Assembly (NCBI GenBank): GCA_030427085.1
Contig: JAUHXH010000006.1
Span: 52,023 to 116,022, forward strand
Direction of reading: 5' to 3'
DNA from: Gammaproteobacteria bacterium
GTDB lineage: Bacteria > Pseudomonadota > Gammaproteobacteria > Pseudomonadales > Halieaceae
DNA: 64,000 nucleotides
Positions 56,162-64,000 of this stretch are shown piece after piece. The position numbers were made by a program, and so were the translations under genes. The notes under the pieces were generated by a model. That model saw only the letters and a program-made list of their open reading frames with translations. It ran no database searches and had not been told where the DNA came from. Every line of letters begins with the position of its first letter. Position 1 is the first letter of the stretch.

Positions 56162-57907
56162 TCAGGACGCCGCTTGTAACACGTCCTTCGGATTCCGGCT
56201 AAAGCGTAAACGGCGGCGATAGGGGAAAAAGTCCTCCACGTAGCCGCTGCGCAGTTTGTCCTGCAATTCCTGCCAGAAGCTCGCCTCGTAGATGTCAGAA
56301 TGCAGGTCATCAAACACTTTCCGCGCCCGCTGGTTCCCGGAGAAGAACAGGCGAAATTCTTCGGGGAAAATGTCGTTTGGTCCCACGGTGTACCAGGGCT
56401 TGCTGGCCATTTCCTCAGCCTCGGTTCTGGGCTCGGGGATGGTGCGGAAATGACAATCCGTCAGCGGACAAATTTCGTCGTAATCGTAGAACACCACACG
56501 CCCGTGCCGGGTAACACCAAAGTTCTTCAGTAGCATGTCGCCCGGGAAGATATTGGCCGAGGCCAGCTCTTTAATGGCGTTACCGTACTCGTCCATCACC
56601 GCCCGCACCTGTTCATCACTCGCGTCCTGCAGGTAGAGATTGAGCGGCGTCATGCGGCGTTCTACATACACGTGCTTGATGATCAGAGCCTTGCCGTGCT
56701 CCTCAAGCATGGAGGGGGCGACTTCTTTCAGCTCCGCCATCAGTTCATCGGAAAACTGTCGGCGGGAGAAGGCCAGGTTAGTGAACTCCTGGGTATCGGC
56801 CATGCGCCCCGCCCGATCGGCGCGCTTCACCATACGGTATTTCTCTTTCACCGCATCACGAGTCATTTCCTTGGGTGGCGTGAAGCGATCCTTGATGATT
56901 TTGAACACAAAATCGTAGGACGGCATGGTGAATACGGTCATCACCATGCCCTTGATCCCCGGCGCCAGAATGAACTGGTCCTTGGCCTGCTTCATGTGGC
57001 GGTAGGCACAGCGGTAGTAGTAAGTTTTACCGTGTTTGTTGTAGCCCATCGCGCTGTAGATTTCGGAGATGGGCTTGGCGGGCATCAACTGTTGCAGGAA
57101 GCGTACGTACTGCGACGGTATACGCGCATCCACCATGAAGTAGGAACGCGTGAAGCTGAACAACACGGAAACCTTGTCGGATCCGAACAGCACCGTGTCG
57201 ACATAAACCATGCCCGAGTCGTTGAGCAGTATTGGCAGTACGAAGGGCATGGAACGCCCGCTACACAGTAGCCGTCCTACGATGTAGGCGCCCTTGTTAC
57301 GGAAGAACAGTGACTCCAGCACCTGCACTTCCAGCTCCGACTCATCGATAGCAAATCGGGGTAGAAGATAGCTGTGCACCAGTGCAAGAACGTTACCGAT
57401 ATCCCGGTCGATATCTTCGAAGGGGTTATTGAAATCAAAGTCCCGCAACAGGCCCCGCAGCATCGCTTCTGATGACCCTTCCGTGCGGTAGGTACGATAA
57501 ATGGGGTCATCCCTGACGGGCGGTATATCGCCGTGGGGAGAAAACACGAAAGCGTGCTCGTCGCGAATTTTCCGGTGCTTGAACACCGAGCAGAAGACTG
57601 AGTTGAAAAAGGTCTCGGCAATCTCGTAGTTGTCGTGCCCGTCGATCAGCCGCGAGTAGTGGCCTCGTGCTTCGGTCCAGAAGTGGTAGTCGTGGAGGGC
57701 GTCACCGGCTATCAGTTCAACAAAGCCGGTAACGTTGATCACCTTTTCTTTGTACAGGTCGATCCGCTGTACTGAGGACTGGTGCATCTCCTGCCATCGC
57801 GCATTTTCAAAACGCGTTTTGGCCGCCAGCGTGATGTTCTGGAAGTCGCTGAAGTAGGACTCGAAGCCGTTCAGTATGGTGCGCGCAAAGCGCAGGTGAA
57901 TCTCCAC
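56162..57907 (-). CDS. aceK: Isocitrate dehydrogenase kinase/phosphatase
   Basis: A 581-aa protein. ILNGFESYFSDFQNIT..A..RF and the C-terminal kinase block (DMLLKNFGVTRHGRVVFYDYDE) are AceK-specific. Confidence 0.9.
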   Translation of the reverse strand: MEIHLRFARTILNGFESYFSDFQNITLAAKTRFENARWQEMHQSSVQRIDLYKEKVINVTGFVELIAGDALHDYHFWTEARGHYSRLIDGHDNYEIAETFFNSVFCSVFKHRKIRDEHAFVFSPHGDIPPVRDDPIYRTYRTEGSSEAMLRGLLRDFDFNNPFEDIDRDIGNVLALVHSYLLPRFAIDESELEVQVLESLFFRNKGAYIVGRLLCSGRSMPFVLPILLNDSGMVYVDTVLFGSDKVSVLFSFTRSYFMVDARIPSQYVRFLQQLMPAKPISEIYSAMGYNKHGKTYYYRCAYRHMKQAKDQFILAPGIKGMVMTVFTMPSYDFVFKIIKDRFTPPKEMTRDAVKEKYRMVKRADRAGRMADTQEFTNLAFSRRQFSDELMAELKEVAPSMLEEHGKALIIKHVYVERRMTPLNLYLQDASDEQVRAVMDEYGNAIKELASANIFPGDMLLKNFGVTRHGRVVFYDYDEICPLTDCHFRTIPEPRTEAEEMASKPWYTVGPNDIFPEEFRLFFSGNQRARKVFDDLHSDIYEASFWQELQDKLRSGYVEDFFPYRRRLRFSRNPKDVLQAAS

Positions 57908-57949
57908 GTTGCTGTTCGTCCGATAGCCTCTGGCCCTACAGTATAACCA

Positions 57950-58738
57950 CTACACCTCGGGAACGCCGATGGCCCGGCGCAGCTTCCGCATGCCACCCAG
58001 CCAGCGATCGTAGTTTTCCGCTTTGTTGGCCTGGTATTTGGCCACTTCTGTGTGGGGGAGGATCAGGAACTTCTCCTCCGCCAGGCCTTTCACCACCGCA
58101 TCGGCTACCTGTTCAGCGCTCAACACGCCGTCCACGCCGGCGGTGCCGCCGTCCGTGTCTCCAACCATCCGCGTTGCCACCGCTTGCGGACACAACGCCG
58201 ACACCTTGATGCCGTCATCGCCATGGGTGATCGCCAGTGACTCGGCAAAGCCAATGGCTGCATGCTTGGTGGTGGAATACGGCGCGGAACCCACCTGGTT
58301 CAATAGGCCCGCGGCGGAAACAGTATTGAGGAAATAGCCCTCACCGCGCTCGATCATCCCGGGCAGACAAGCCCGCGCCGCGTATACGTGCGCCATGACG
58401 TGGATTTCCCACATCGCCGTCCACAGGGCGTTATCGGCAGAAGAAGCCCACCAGGGCTCGCCGTCCAGCCCCAGAATGCCGGCATTACTACAGAAAAGGT
58501 CGATGCGGCCAAACTCCTGTTCTACCTGCTCAACCATTGCCTTGATCTGGTCTTCGTTGCGGACATTAACCTCAAAGGCCCGGCCACCCACGGAACTGGC
58601 CACGGCACGCGCCGCATCAATTTCCAGATCGGCCACAATTACGGCCTGTGCACCCTCGGCATGAAAGCGTTCACACAGCGCCTTCCCGATGCCATTGCCG
58701 CCGCCAGTAACGACTACGATCTTCCCTGATACTTCCAT
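57950..58738 (-). CDS. SDR family oxidoreductase
   Basis: It carries TGGGNGIG and YSTTK (YxxxK). Confidence 0.9.
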   Translation of the reverse strand: MEVSGKIVVVTGGGNGIGKALCERFHAEGAQAVIVADLEIDAARAVASSVGGRAFEVNVRNEDQIKAMVEQVEQEFGRIDLFCSNAGILGLDGEPWWASSADNALWTAMWEIHVMAHVYAARACLPGMIERGEGYFLNTVSAAGLLNQVGSAPYSTTKHAAIGFAESLAITHGDDGIKVSALCPQAVATRMVGDTDGGTAGVDGVLSAEQVADAVVKGLAEEKFLILPHTEVAKYQANKAENYDRWLGGMRKLRRAIGVPEV

Positions 58739-59779
58739 TTACAAAATCTCCGAGGCCAGTAATTCGAGCACTGCCGGGTCATGCGCACCGACCAGCATGG
58801 TGCCCACTTCGCCACGCGCACCCGCTTCTTTCCAGGGCTGCAGGCGCTCGATAATTCGCTCCCGCGGGCCAACCAGAGCCACTTCGTCCAGCAGTTCGCG
58901 AGGCACCTCAGCTTCGGCTTCCTGCTTTTTACCGGCCAGATACAGGTCCTGAATGCGATCCGCTGCATCGCCATAACCCAGGCGAGTGGCGAAATCGTGA
59001 TAGAAGTTTTTACCCTTCGCACCCATGCCACCGATATAGAGGGCCAGCCAGGGGCGCAGGGAGTCGAAGGCAGCGTCCAGATCGTCGTTCATCGCGGTAG
59101 ACACAAAAGGCGCCACATCAAAATTCGCCAGCGACTTACCGTTGCCGGCCTTGTCGAAGCCTTTTTGCAGGTGCTCGCCCAGCACGTCGTACTTGTTGGG
59201 GTCCATCCATACCGGGAACACGCCGTCCGCCACTTCACCCGCGCAGCGCAAACCAGCGGGTGTAATCGACGCGGTGTAAATCGGGATGTCGTTGTTAGCT
59301 TCAAGAATCGACTTGAGCGGCTTGCCAAGGCCGGTAGTCCCCTCGCCCTTATTGGGCATCTGGTACATATCACCCTGGAAGTCCACCGGCCCTTCCCGCG
59401 CCATGATCGCGCGCATGATCTTGATGTACTCGCGTGTGCGCGTCACCGGTTTGCCGTAGGGCACGCCGTGCCAACCTTCCACCACCTGCGGGCCGGAAGC
59501 ACCCAGGCCGGCGATGAAACGGTTGCCGGACAGCTGCGCCAGCGACATTGCCGTCATGGTGGTCATGGCCGGCGTTCGGGCCGGCATCTGCATGATCGCG
59601 GTGCCCACGCGGATTTTCTCGGTTTGCGCCAGAATCCAGGCCGCCACGGAGATGGAATCTGAACCGTAAGCCTCAGCCGTCCACACGGAATCGTAGCCCA
59701 TGGATTCGGCCTGACGGATCAGATCGATATTGACGTGAATCTGCTTGCCGGAATAACCCAGCAGTACACCCAGTTTCAT
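58739..59779 (-). CDS. LLM-class (luciferase-like) flavin-dependent oxidoreductase
   Basis: MKLGVLLGY..AESMGYDSVWTAEAYGSD is typical of the LLM/F420-type TIM barrel family. Confidence 0.8.
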   Translation of the reverse strand: MKLGVLLGYSGKQIHVNIDLIRQAESMGYDSVWTAEAYGSDSISVAAWILAQTEKIRVGTAIMQMPARTPAMTTMTAMSLAQLSGNRFIAGLGASGPQVVEGWHGVPYGKPVTRTREYIKIMRAIMAREGPVDFQGDMYQMPNKGEGTTGLGKPLKSILEANNDIPIYTASITPAGLRCAGEVADGVFPVWMDPNKYDVLGEHLQKGFDKAGNGKSLANFDVAPFVSTAMNDDLDAAFDSLRPWLALYIGGMGAKGKNFYHDFATRLGYGDAADRIQDLYLAGKKQEAEAEVPRELLDEVALVGPRERIIERLQPWKEAGARGEVGTMLVGAHDPAVLELLASEIL

Positions 59780-59803
59780 CTTTGCCTCCTTTGGCGGCGC
59801 CGA

Positions 59804-60925
59804 TCAGTTGTAAACGCGTTCGTTGAATTGCGTCTGGTGGTAGTCACCATCACCAAAGCTGGTGTTGATCATCATCAGGCGCTTGGCGTAGTGGCCAACG
59901 TCCAGTTCGTCGGTCAGGCCCATACCACCGTGCATCTGAATGGCTTCACCGAAGATCAGTCGGCCGTTGCGGTTTACCAGCACCTTCAGTGCGTGCATGG
60001 CTGTGGTGGCGTCTTCCTCTCCGTTGGTGAGGGCACACAGCGCGCGATAGACCATGGAGCGAGTTTGCTCGTAGGCCATGAAAGTTTCCACCATGCGGTG
60101 TTGCAGCGCCTGGAAGCTGCCGATGGTTACACCAAACTGCTCACGCGTTTTGGTGTACTCCAGGGTGGTCGCGTTCAGCTTTTCCATAATGCCCAACGCT
60201 TCCGCGCACAGCGCGAGGTTTGCGTCCTGAGCGATGTCTTCCATCACCGGCAGGGCCGCGCCTTCCTCACCGAGCAACACGCCGGGCGCATCCTTCAGCA
60301 CAATGTTGGCCACGCGTTGGCCGTCCATCATCTGGTACCCAGCACGCTGTACATCAGCGGCAGCAACCAGGAACAGGCTAACGCCGGCCTCGTCATTTTG
60401 CTCACCTGAGGTGCGTGCCGACACGATGAACTGATCCGCCCCCATGCCATTAAACACAACAACTTTCTCGCCATTAAGCACATGGCCATTGGCACCGGCG
60501 CTCGCGGTAGTCGTTACATCGGCCAACTCATGCCGGCTCTGACGCTCCAGATACGCGTAGGCGCCCTGTAAGCCACCTTCAATAATCTGGGGAATCAGGG
60601 TGTTGCGCTGCTCTTCGCTACCCACTTTTTGTAGCAGGCCACCGAACAGAATCACTGTAGCGAGGTAGGGTTCCAGTACCAGGCCCTTGCCGAACTGCTC
60701 CATCAGTACCATTACGTCAATGGCTGAGCCGCCGAAACCGCCGTACTCTTCAGCGAAGGGTACAGACAGCCAGCCCAATTCGGCGAAAGTCTGCCAGTTC
60801 TCCGCGCTCATACCTTCCTCTGAAGCGGCGATGGCGCAGCGTTTGTCCCAGTTGTAGTCGTCCTGAACAAAGCGGGCCACGCTGTCACGCAGCATGTTTT
60901 GCTCTTCGGTAAAATCGAAATTCAT
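59804..60925 (-). CDS. Acyl-CoA dehydrogenase
   Basis: It shows the ACAD fold pattern, with C-terminal IQMHGGMGLTDE. Confidence 0.9.
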   Translation of the reverse strand: MNFDFTEEQNMLRDSVARFVQDDYNWDKRCAIAASEEGMSAENWQTFAELGWLSVPFAEEYGGFGGSAIDVMVLMEQFGKGLVLEPYLATVILFGGLLQKVGSEEQRNTLIPQIIEGGLQGAYAYLERQSRHELADVTTTASAGANGHVLNGEKVVVFNGMGADQFIVSARTSGEQNDEAGVSLFLVAAADVQRAGYQMMDGQRVANIVLKDAPGVLLGEEGAALPVMEDIAQDANLALCAEALGIMEKLNATTLEYTKTREQFGVTIGSFQALQHRMVETFMAYEQTRSMVYRALCALTNGEEDATTAMHALKVLVNRNGRLIFGEAIQMHGGMGLTDELDVGHYAKRLMMINTSFGDGDYHQTQFNERVYN

Positions 60926-60943
60926 TCCAGCTATCTCCCGCTA

Positions 60944-62122
60944 TTAAAGGCCCAGAACGGCCTTCGCAATAATGTTTTTCTGCACTTCGTTGGAACCGCC
61001 ATAGATAGTGGCAGCACGCCCGTACATGAAGGACTGACGAGCGTCGCTACCGAACTCATGACCCAGCTGTTCGGCATTCAGGTCAGTAGGCAACACGCCC
61101 TGGTAGTAAGCAGCCAGGTCCATGTTCAATTCCTGCAAGGCCTGTTGAATCTCAGTGCCCTTGATTTTCAGCATTGACGATTCGGCACCAGGCGCCCCGC
61201 CGGAGGCCACGGTTGCCAGCACGCGCAGCTCGGTGAATTCCAGTGCCATCAGTTCGATTTCCACATCGGAAAGTCGCTTCTGGAACAGCGGGTCGCTGAG
61301 CAGAGAGCGTCCACCGTTCACTTCGGCCGCGGCACGTTTTTTCAAGTTGGCGAGGTTGCGTTTGGAATCGGCAACACCGGCGATACCAGTGCGCTCATGG
61401 GCCAACAGGGCCTTGGCGTAGGTCCAGCCTTTGTTCTCCTCGCCGATTCGATTGGCAACGGGCACACGCACATCGTTGAACTCCACTTCGTTGAGGCTGT
61501 GGTGGTTGTCGATGGAGTGAATCGGGTTAACTTTGATGCCGGGTGTGGTCATGTCAATCAACAGGAAGCTGATGCCTTCCTGCCGCTTACCTTCCGTGCT
61601 GGTGCGTACCAGACAGAAAATCCAGTCAGCGTACTGGGCGTAAGTAGTCCAGATCTTGGCGCCGTTAACGATGTAGTCATCACCGTCACGCACCGCGCGG
61701 GTTTTCAGCGCCGCCAGGTCAGAGCCAGCACCGGGCTCAGAGTAGCCCTGACACCACCAATCCTCGCTCTTCAGAATGCGGGGCAGGAAGCGCGCTTTTT
61801 GTTCCTCGTTGCCGAAGGTGTAGATCACCGGCGCTACCATGCTCAATCCGAAGGGGATTACGCCGCGTGCACCAGCGGCCGAACGCTCGCTGTCGAAGAT
61901 GAATCGCTGGGTATCGGTCCAACCCGTGCCGCCGTACTCTTTCGGCCAGTTGGGTGCAACCCAGCCCTGGTCGTACAGCTTGCGCTGCCACTCGATGATG
62001 GCGTCCTTCATCGTGGCCGGATTGCTGAACCGCTCCACCAGTTCCGGAGTATGCGCTTCCTTGTAAAAGGCCCGCACCTCCTCCCGGAAGGCCAGCTCTT
62101 CAGCGGTGAATTGTGTATGCAC
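60944..62122 (-). CDS. Acyl-CoA dehydrogenase
   Basis: QGYSEPGAGSDLA..GAKIWTT..YGGSNEVQKNIIA are ACAD signatures. Confidence 0.9.
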   Translation of the reverse strand: MHTQFTAEELAFREEVRAFYKEAHTPELVERFSNPATMKDAIIEWQRKLYDQGWVAPNWPKEYGGTGWTDTQRFIFDSERSAAGARGVIPFGLSMVAPVIYTFGNEEQKARFLPRILKSEDWWCQGYSEPGAGSDLAALKTRAVRDGDDYIVNGAKIWTTYAQYADWIFCLVRTSTEGKRQEGISFLLIDMTTPGIKVNPIHSIDNHHSLNEVEFNDVRVPVANRIGEENKGWTYAKALLAHERTGIAGVADSKRNLANLKKRAAAEVNGGRSLLSDPLFQKRLSDVEIELMALEFTELRVLATVASGGAPGAESSMLKIKGTEIQQALQELNMDLAAYYQGVLPTDLNAEQLGHEFGSDARQSFMYGRAATIYGGSNEVQKNIIAKAVLGL

Positions 62123-62549
62123 GTCAGGTTCCTCTTCTCACGTTATAGTCTGCTCAGTGTAGTCGGCACTCAGGCCAGAGCGGGATCGTATGTGCCGGGT
62201 GAGAGCTCCATTTGGCACCTTCATCCCACCGCCCATCCGCTCCACCTGAAAGATCATCTGGGGCGTATTTGAATATTGGGTATTTTTATTGTTACCCAAG
62301 CATGTAACCTTAACCAAGACAGCCATCGGTGACAAGCATTCCGTTGTGTGAGCTTAAAGGAGTTGGTTAAAGGATTAATGAAGTTGGTTAAGACGACGTC
62401 TAATAAATGTGATCAGAATAGCCCCCCCTAGAGGTAACCAAGCATCTGGCGGGACCCAAAATTTCCTCTCAAATTCATATAGTAAACTTTAAATAGCAAT
62501 TTTTAGTTTGAGGAAGGTTGGACTATTCCAATGTGCCGCCTAAGCGACC

Positions 62550-64000
62550 TCAACTGATTTGTTCAACAATTCTTCTAATTAGGTCGCTGTCAATCCCCTG
62601 GCCTTCGTACTCCTCTGTCTCAATCAAGCTACCGGCATTACCCCCACCTTCGTTCATTGGGCAAATTCCATGAGCTATGTAATCCTCCCTTTTTCTACTC
62701 CACCGATCTCGATACTCTGGGTTCGACATCATTCCTAAATGTTCCCAGTAGTAGATTTCACCAGAATCGTCATCCTCAATGACAAAGTCGGGATATCGCT
62801 CTCTACCATTGATTACCACTCTTGGTTCGTAGACATAATCAATTCCGGCTGCGTGCAACTGATTGGCGATTATTACCTCAGACTTGGATCTGACCCGTTC
62901 ACCACGCGCGGTGCGATGGATTCGGTTGCAATCCAGCACGACCCGCCTGCTTCTCACCTCGATATCCACTGGCTGTGGGTCGGTGAAGAGGTTAGTCAAT
63001 CGCCTGGCAACCTCTGAGTAGTCGGGTGAACTGAATCGAGCGATATCTCGGAAGTCTCCCTGATGGAAGATTATGACTCTGTCTTTGTGACGAGTGAGAG
63101 CTGTGTAGAGCATTTCTCTGCTCAACAGACGACAAGGATTGGGGATCACGAGAAATGTCGTGCCGAATTCACTGCCCTGAGTCTTGTGCACCGTCAGTGC
63201 GTAAGCCAGTTCGAGAGGCGGGCTCGCATCTTCCCCTGAAAACTCTGATGCGAAATATTTGTACTGCGGGCTTCCTGATACATAGTCAGGACCGGTTTGT
63301 GCAGCAAGCTCGACTTCGAGGTGTTTGGGTATGCCCTTACCTTTCTGATATTTACCAACGACTATACCTATATCGCCGTTCGCGACATAGGGGCTCTCGA
63401 TATCCGGCCACACCTTACGCTTCGAGCTATTGCGCACGTTGATGACCTTGTCTCCCCAAAGGATGCCTTGAGGCCCCATTGGTTTGGGTATCTTTGGCCA
63501 GCGTTGTGCGGCCATGTGTTGTGCACGCTCGCGAAACTGGCTTTGCAGCCACCTATTGAGCGCGTCGACGCCGACTTGGGAGGCCCTTAGAGGGGACAAT
63601 ATTTGCCAGTTTTCTGCGCTTTCTGCGGCCCCTTTTCTCTCCTTCCAACGATTATTGAAGAAAACTCTATCAGGGTCTTTGTCCCAACGCTCACCACCTA
63701 TGCTGACACCAAACCCAGCCTCGTCTCTATCGGACTCCAATTCGAGCGCTCTTACCAACTCTTCGACGAGCTTGGCCTGAAGTTCATCGGGGGAAGACCA
63801 AGTGACCAACTTGAGTCCATCGACTTCACCGGCACTTATCTTGGTCCAGATTTCGTCGGCTGCGGGATCGAGCTCTCGACCGCTGAAATAGTCAGCAAAG
63901 AGGAGATCTTCTCTGGGCTTGTCGTCTCCGGAGAGTTGGCGACGTGGAATGGTAAGTGATGCGTACCCCGCTTGCACTCGCGGGAACGTGTGTGATTCCC
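62550..64000 (-). CDS. RecD/TraA-like SF1 helicase C-terminal part fused to a PD-(D/E)xK-like nuclease domain. The 5' end lies outside the window.
   Basis: The frame stays open to the window edge (..ESHTFPRVQAGY..). An SH3-like insert reads GDKVINVRN..VANGDIGIV. Helicase motif VI reads AYALTVHKTQGSEF. The C-terminus SKSEVIIANQL..YEPRV..YPDFVIED..YYWEHLGM fits a restriction-endonuclease-like fold. Confidence 0.75.
   Translation of the reverse strand, partial: ESHTFPRVQAGYASLTIPRRQLSGDDKPREDLLFADYFSGRELDPAADEIWTKISAGEVDGLKLVTWSSPDELQAKLVEELVRALELESDRDEAGFGVSIGGERWDKDPDRVFFNNRWKERKGAAESAENWQILSPLRASQVGVDALNRWLQSQFRERAQHMAAQRWPKIPKPMGPQGILWGDKVINVRNSSKRKVWPDIESPYVANGDIGIVVGKYQKGKGIPKHLEVELAAQTGPDYVSGSPQYKYFASEFSGEDASPPLELAYALTVHKTQGSEFGTTFLVIPNPCRLLSREMLYTALTRHKDRVIIFHQGDFRDIARFSSPDYSEVARRLTNLFTDPQPVDIEVRSRRVVLDCNRIHRTARGERVRSKSEVIIANQLHAAGIDYVYEPRVVINGRERYPDFVIEDDDSGEIYYWEHLGMMSNPEYRDRWSRKREDYIAHGICPMNEGGGNAGSLIETEEYEGQGIDSDLIRRIVEQIS

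Noticed and set aside
56162-57907. aceK without aceBA as an anomaly
   Set aside because: Stand-alone aceK occurs in many non-enteric gammaproteobacteria, so its position here is not remarkable on its own.
62378-62431. A 17-codon ORF (MKLVKTTSNKCDQNSPP) with an AAGGA-like RBS in the AT-rich spacer
   Set aside because: It is too short and uncorroborated. Its start overlaps the AGTTGGTTAA direct repeat, which explains the sequence better as a binding-site array.

Overview
This is a high-GC segment (about 58-62% by eye) of a gammaproteobacterial chromosome. Polyserine linkers, fabV, aceK and a Gsp secreton suggest a marine Cellvibrionales or Microbulbifer-like organism, but the taxon is only a guess. 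Left to right the window contains the following. (1) The end of a polysaccharide/LPS glycosyltransferase cluster, including two paralogous GT2 enzymes fused to long coiled-coil tails. (2) A class II Fic gene preceded by four helically phased 21-bp palindromes. (3) ampG. (4) A complete but rearranged type II secretion system on the minus strand, ordered gspI-J-K-L-M-C'-D plus a lipoprotein, then two monocistronic secreted-protein genes, then PPIase-gspE-F-G-H. (5) A housekeeping block: acyl-CoA ligase, MBL hydrolase, fabV, aceEF, M16 peptidase, AI-2E permease, a tusA-like gene, a bepA-like gene and nadA. (6) Two GGDEF-EAL proteins and an S8 lipoprotein protease. (7) A low-GC island of about 8.7 kb (about 43-48% GC) with only three genes: a secreted protein built of tandem 13-aa GFKWGIRSTADQS units, followed by two very large periplasmic beta-propeller/Y_Y_Y sensor kinases. 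(8) A lipid-catabolic block: crotonase, tag, a double TetR, tesB, aceK, SDR, LLM oxidoreductase and two acyl-CoA dehydrogenases. (9) A second composition break and the 3' part of a RecD-like helicase fused to a PD-(D/E)xK-like nuclease, which runs off the window. The best candidate for an undescribed system is the repeat-peptide plus dual propeller-sensor island. The second is the split T2SS with embedded orphan cargo, a foldase, a lipidated secretin and a c-di-GMP-type GspE N-domain. All calls come from reading the translations and the DNA. No database search was run. The ORF-track M often stands for GTG or TTG, and several starts were re-picked using internal ATG plus a Shine-Dalgarno sequence.
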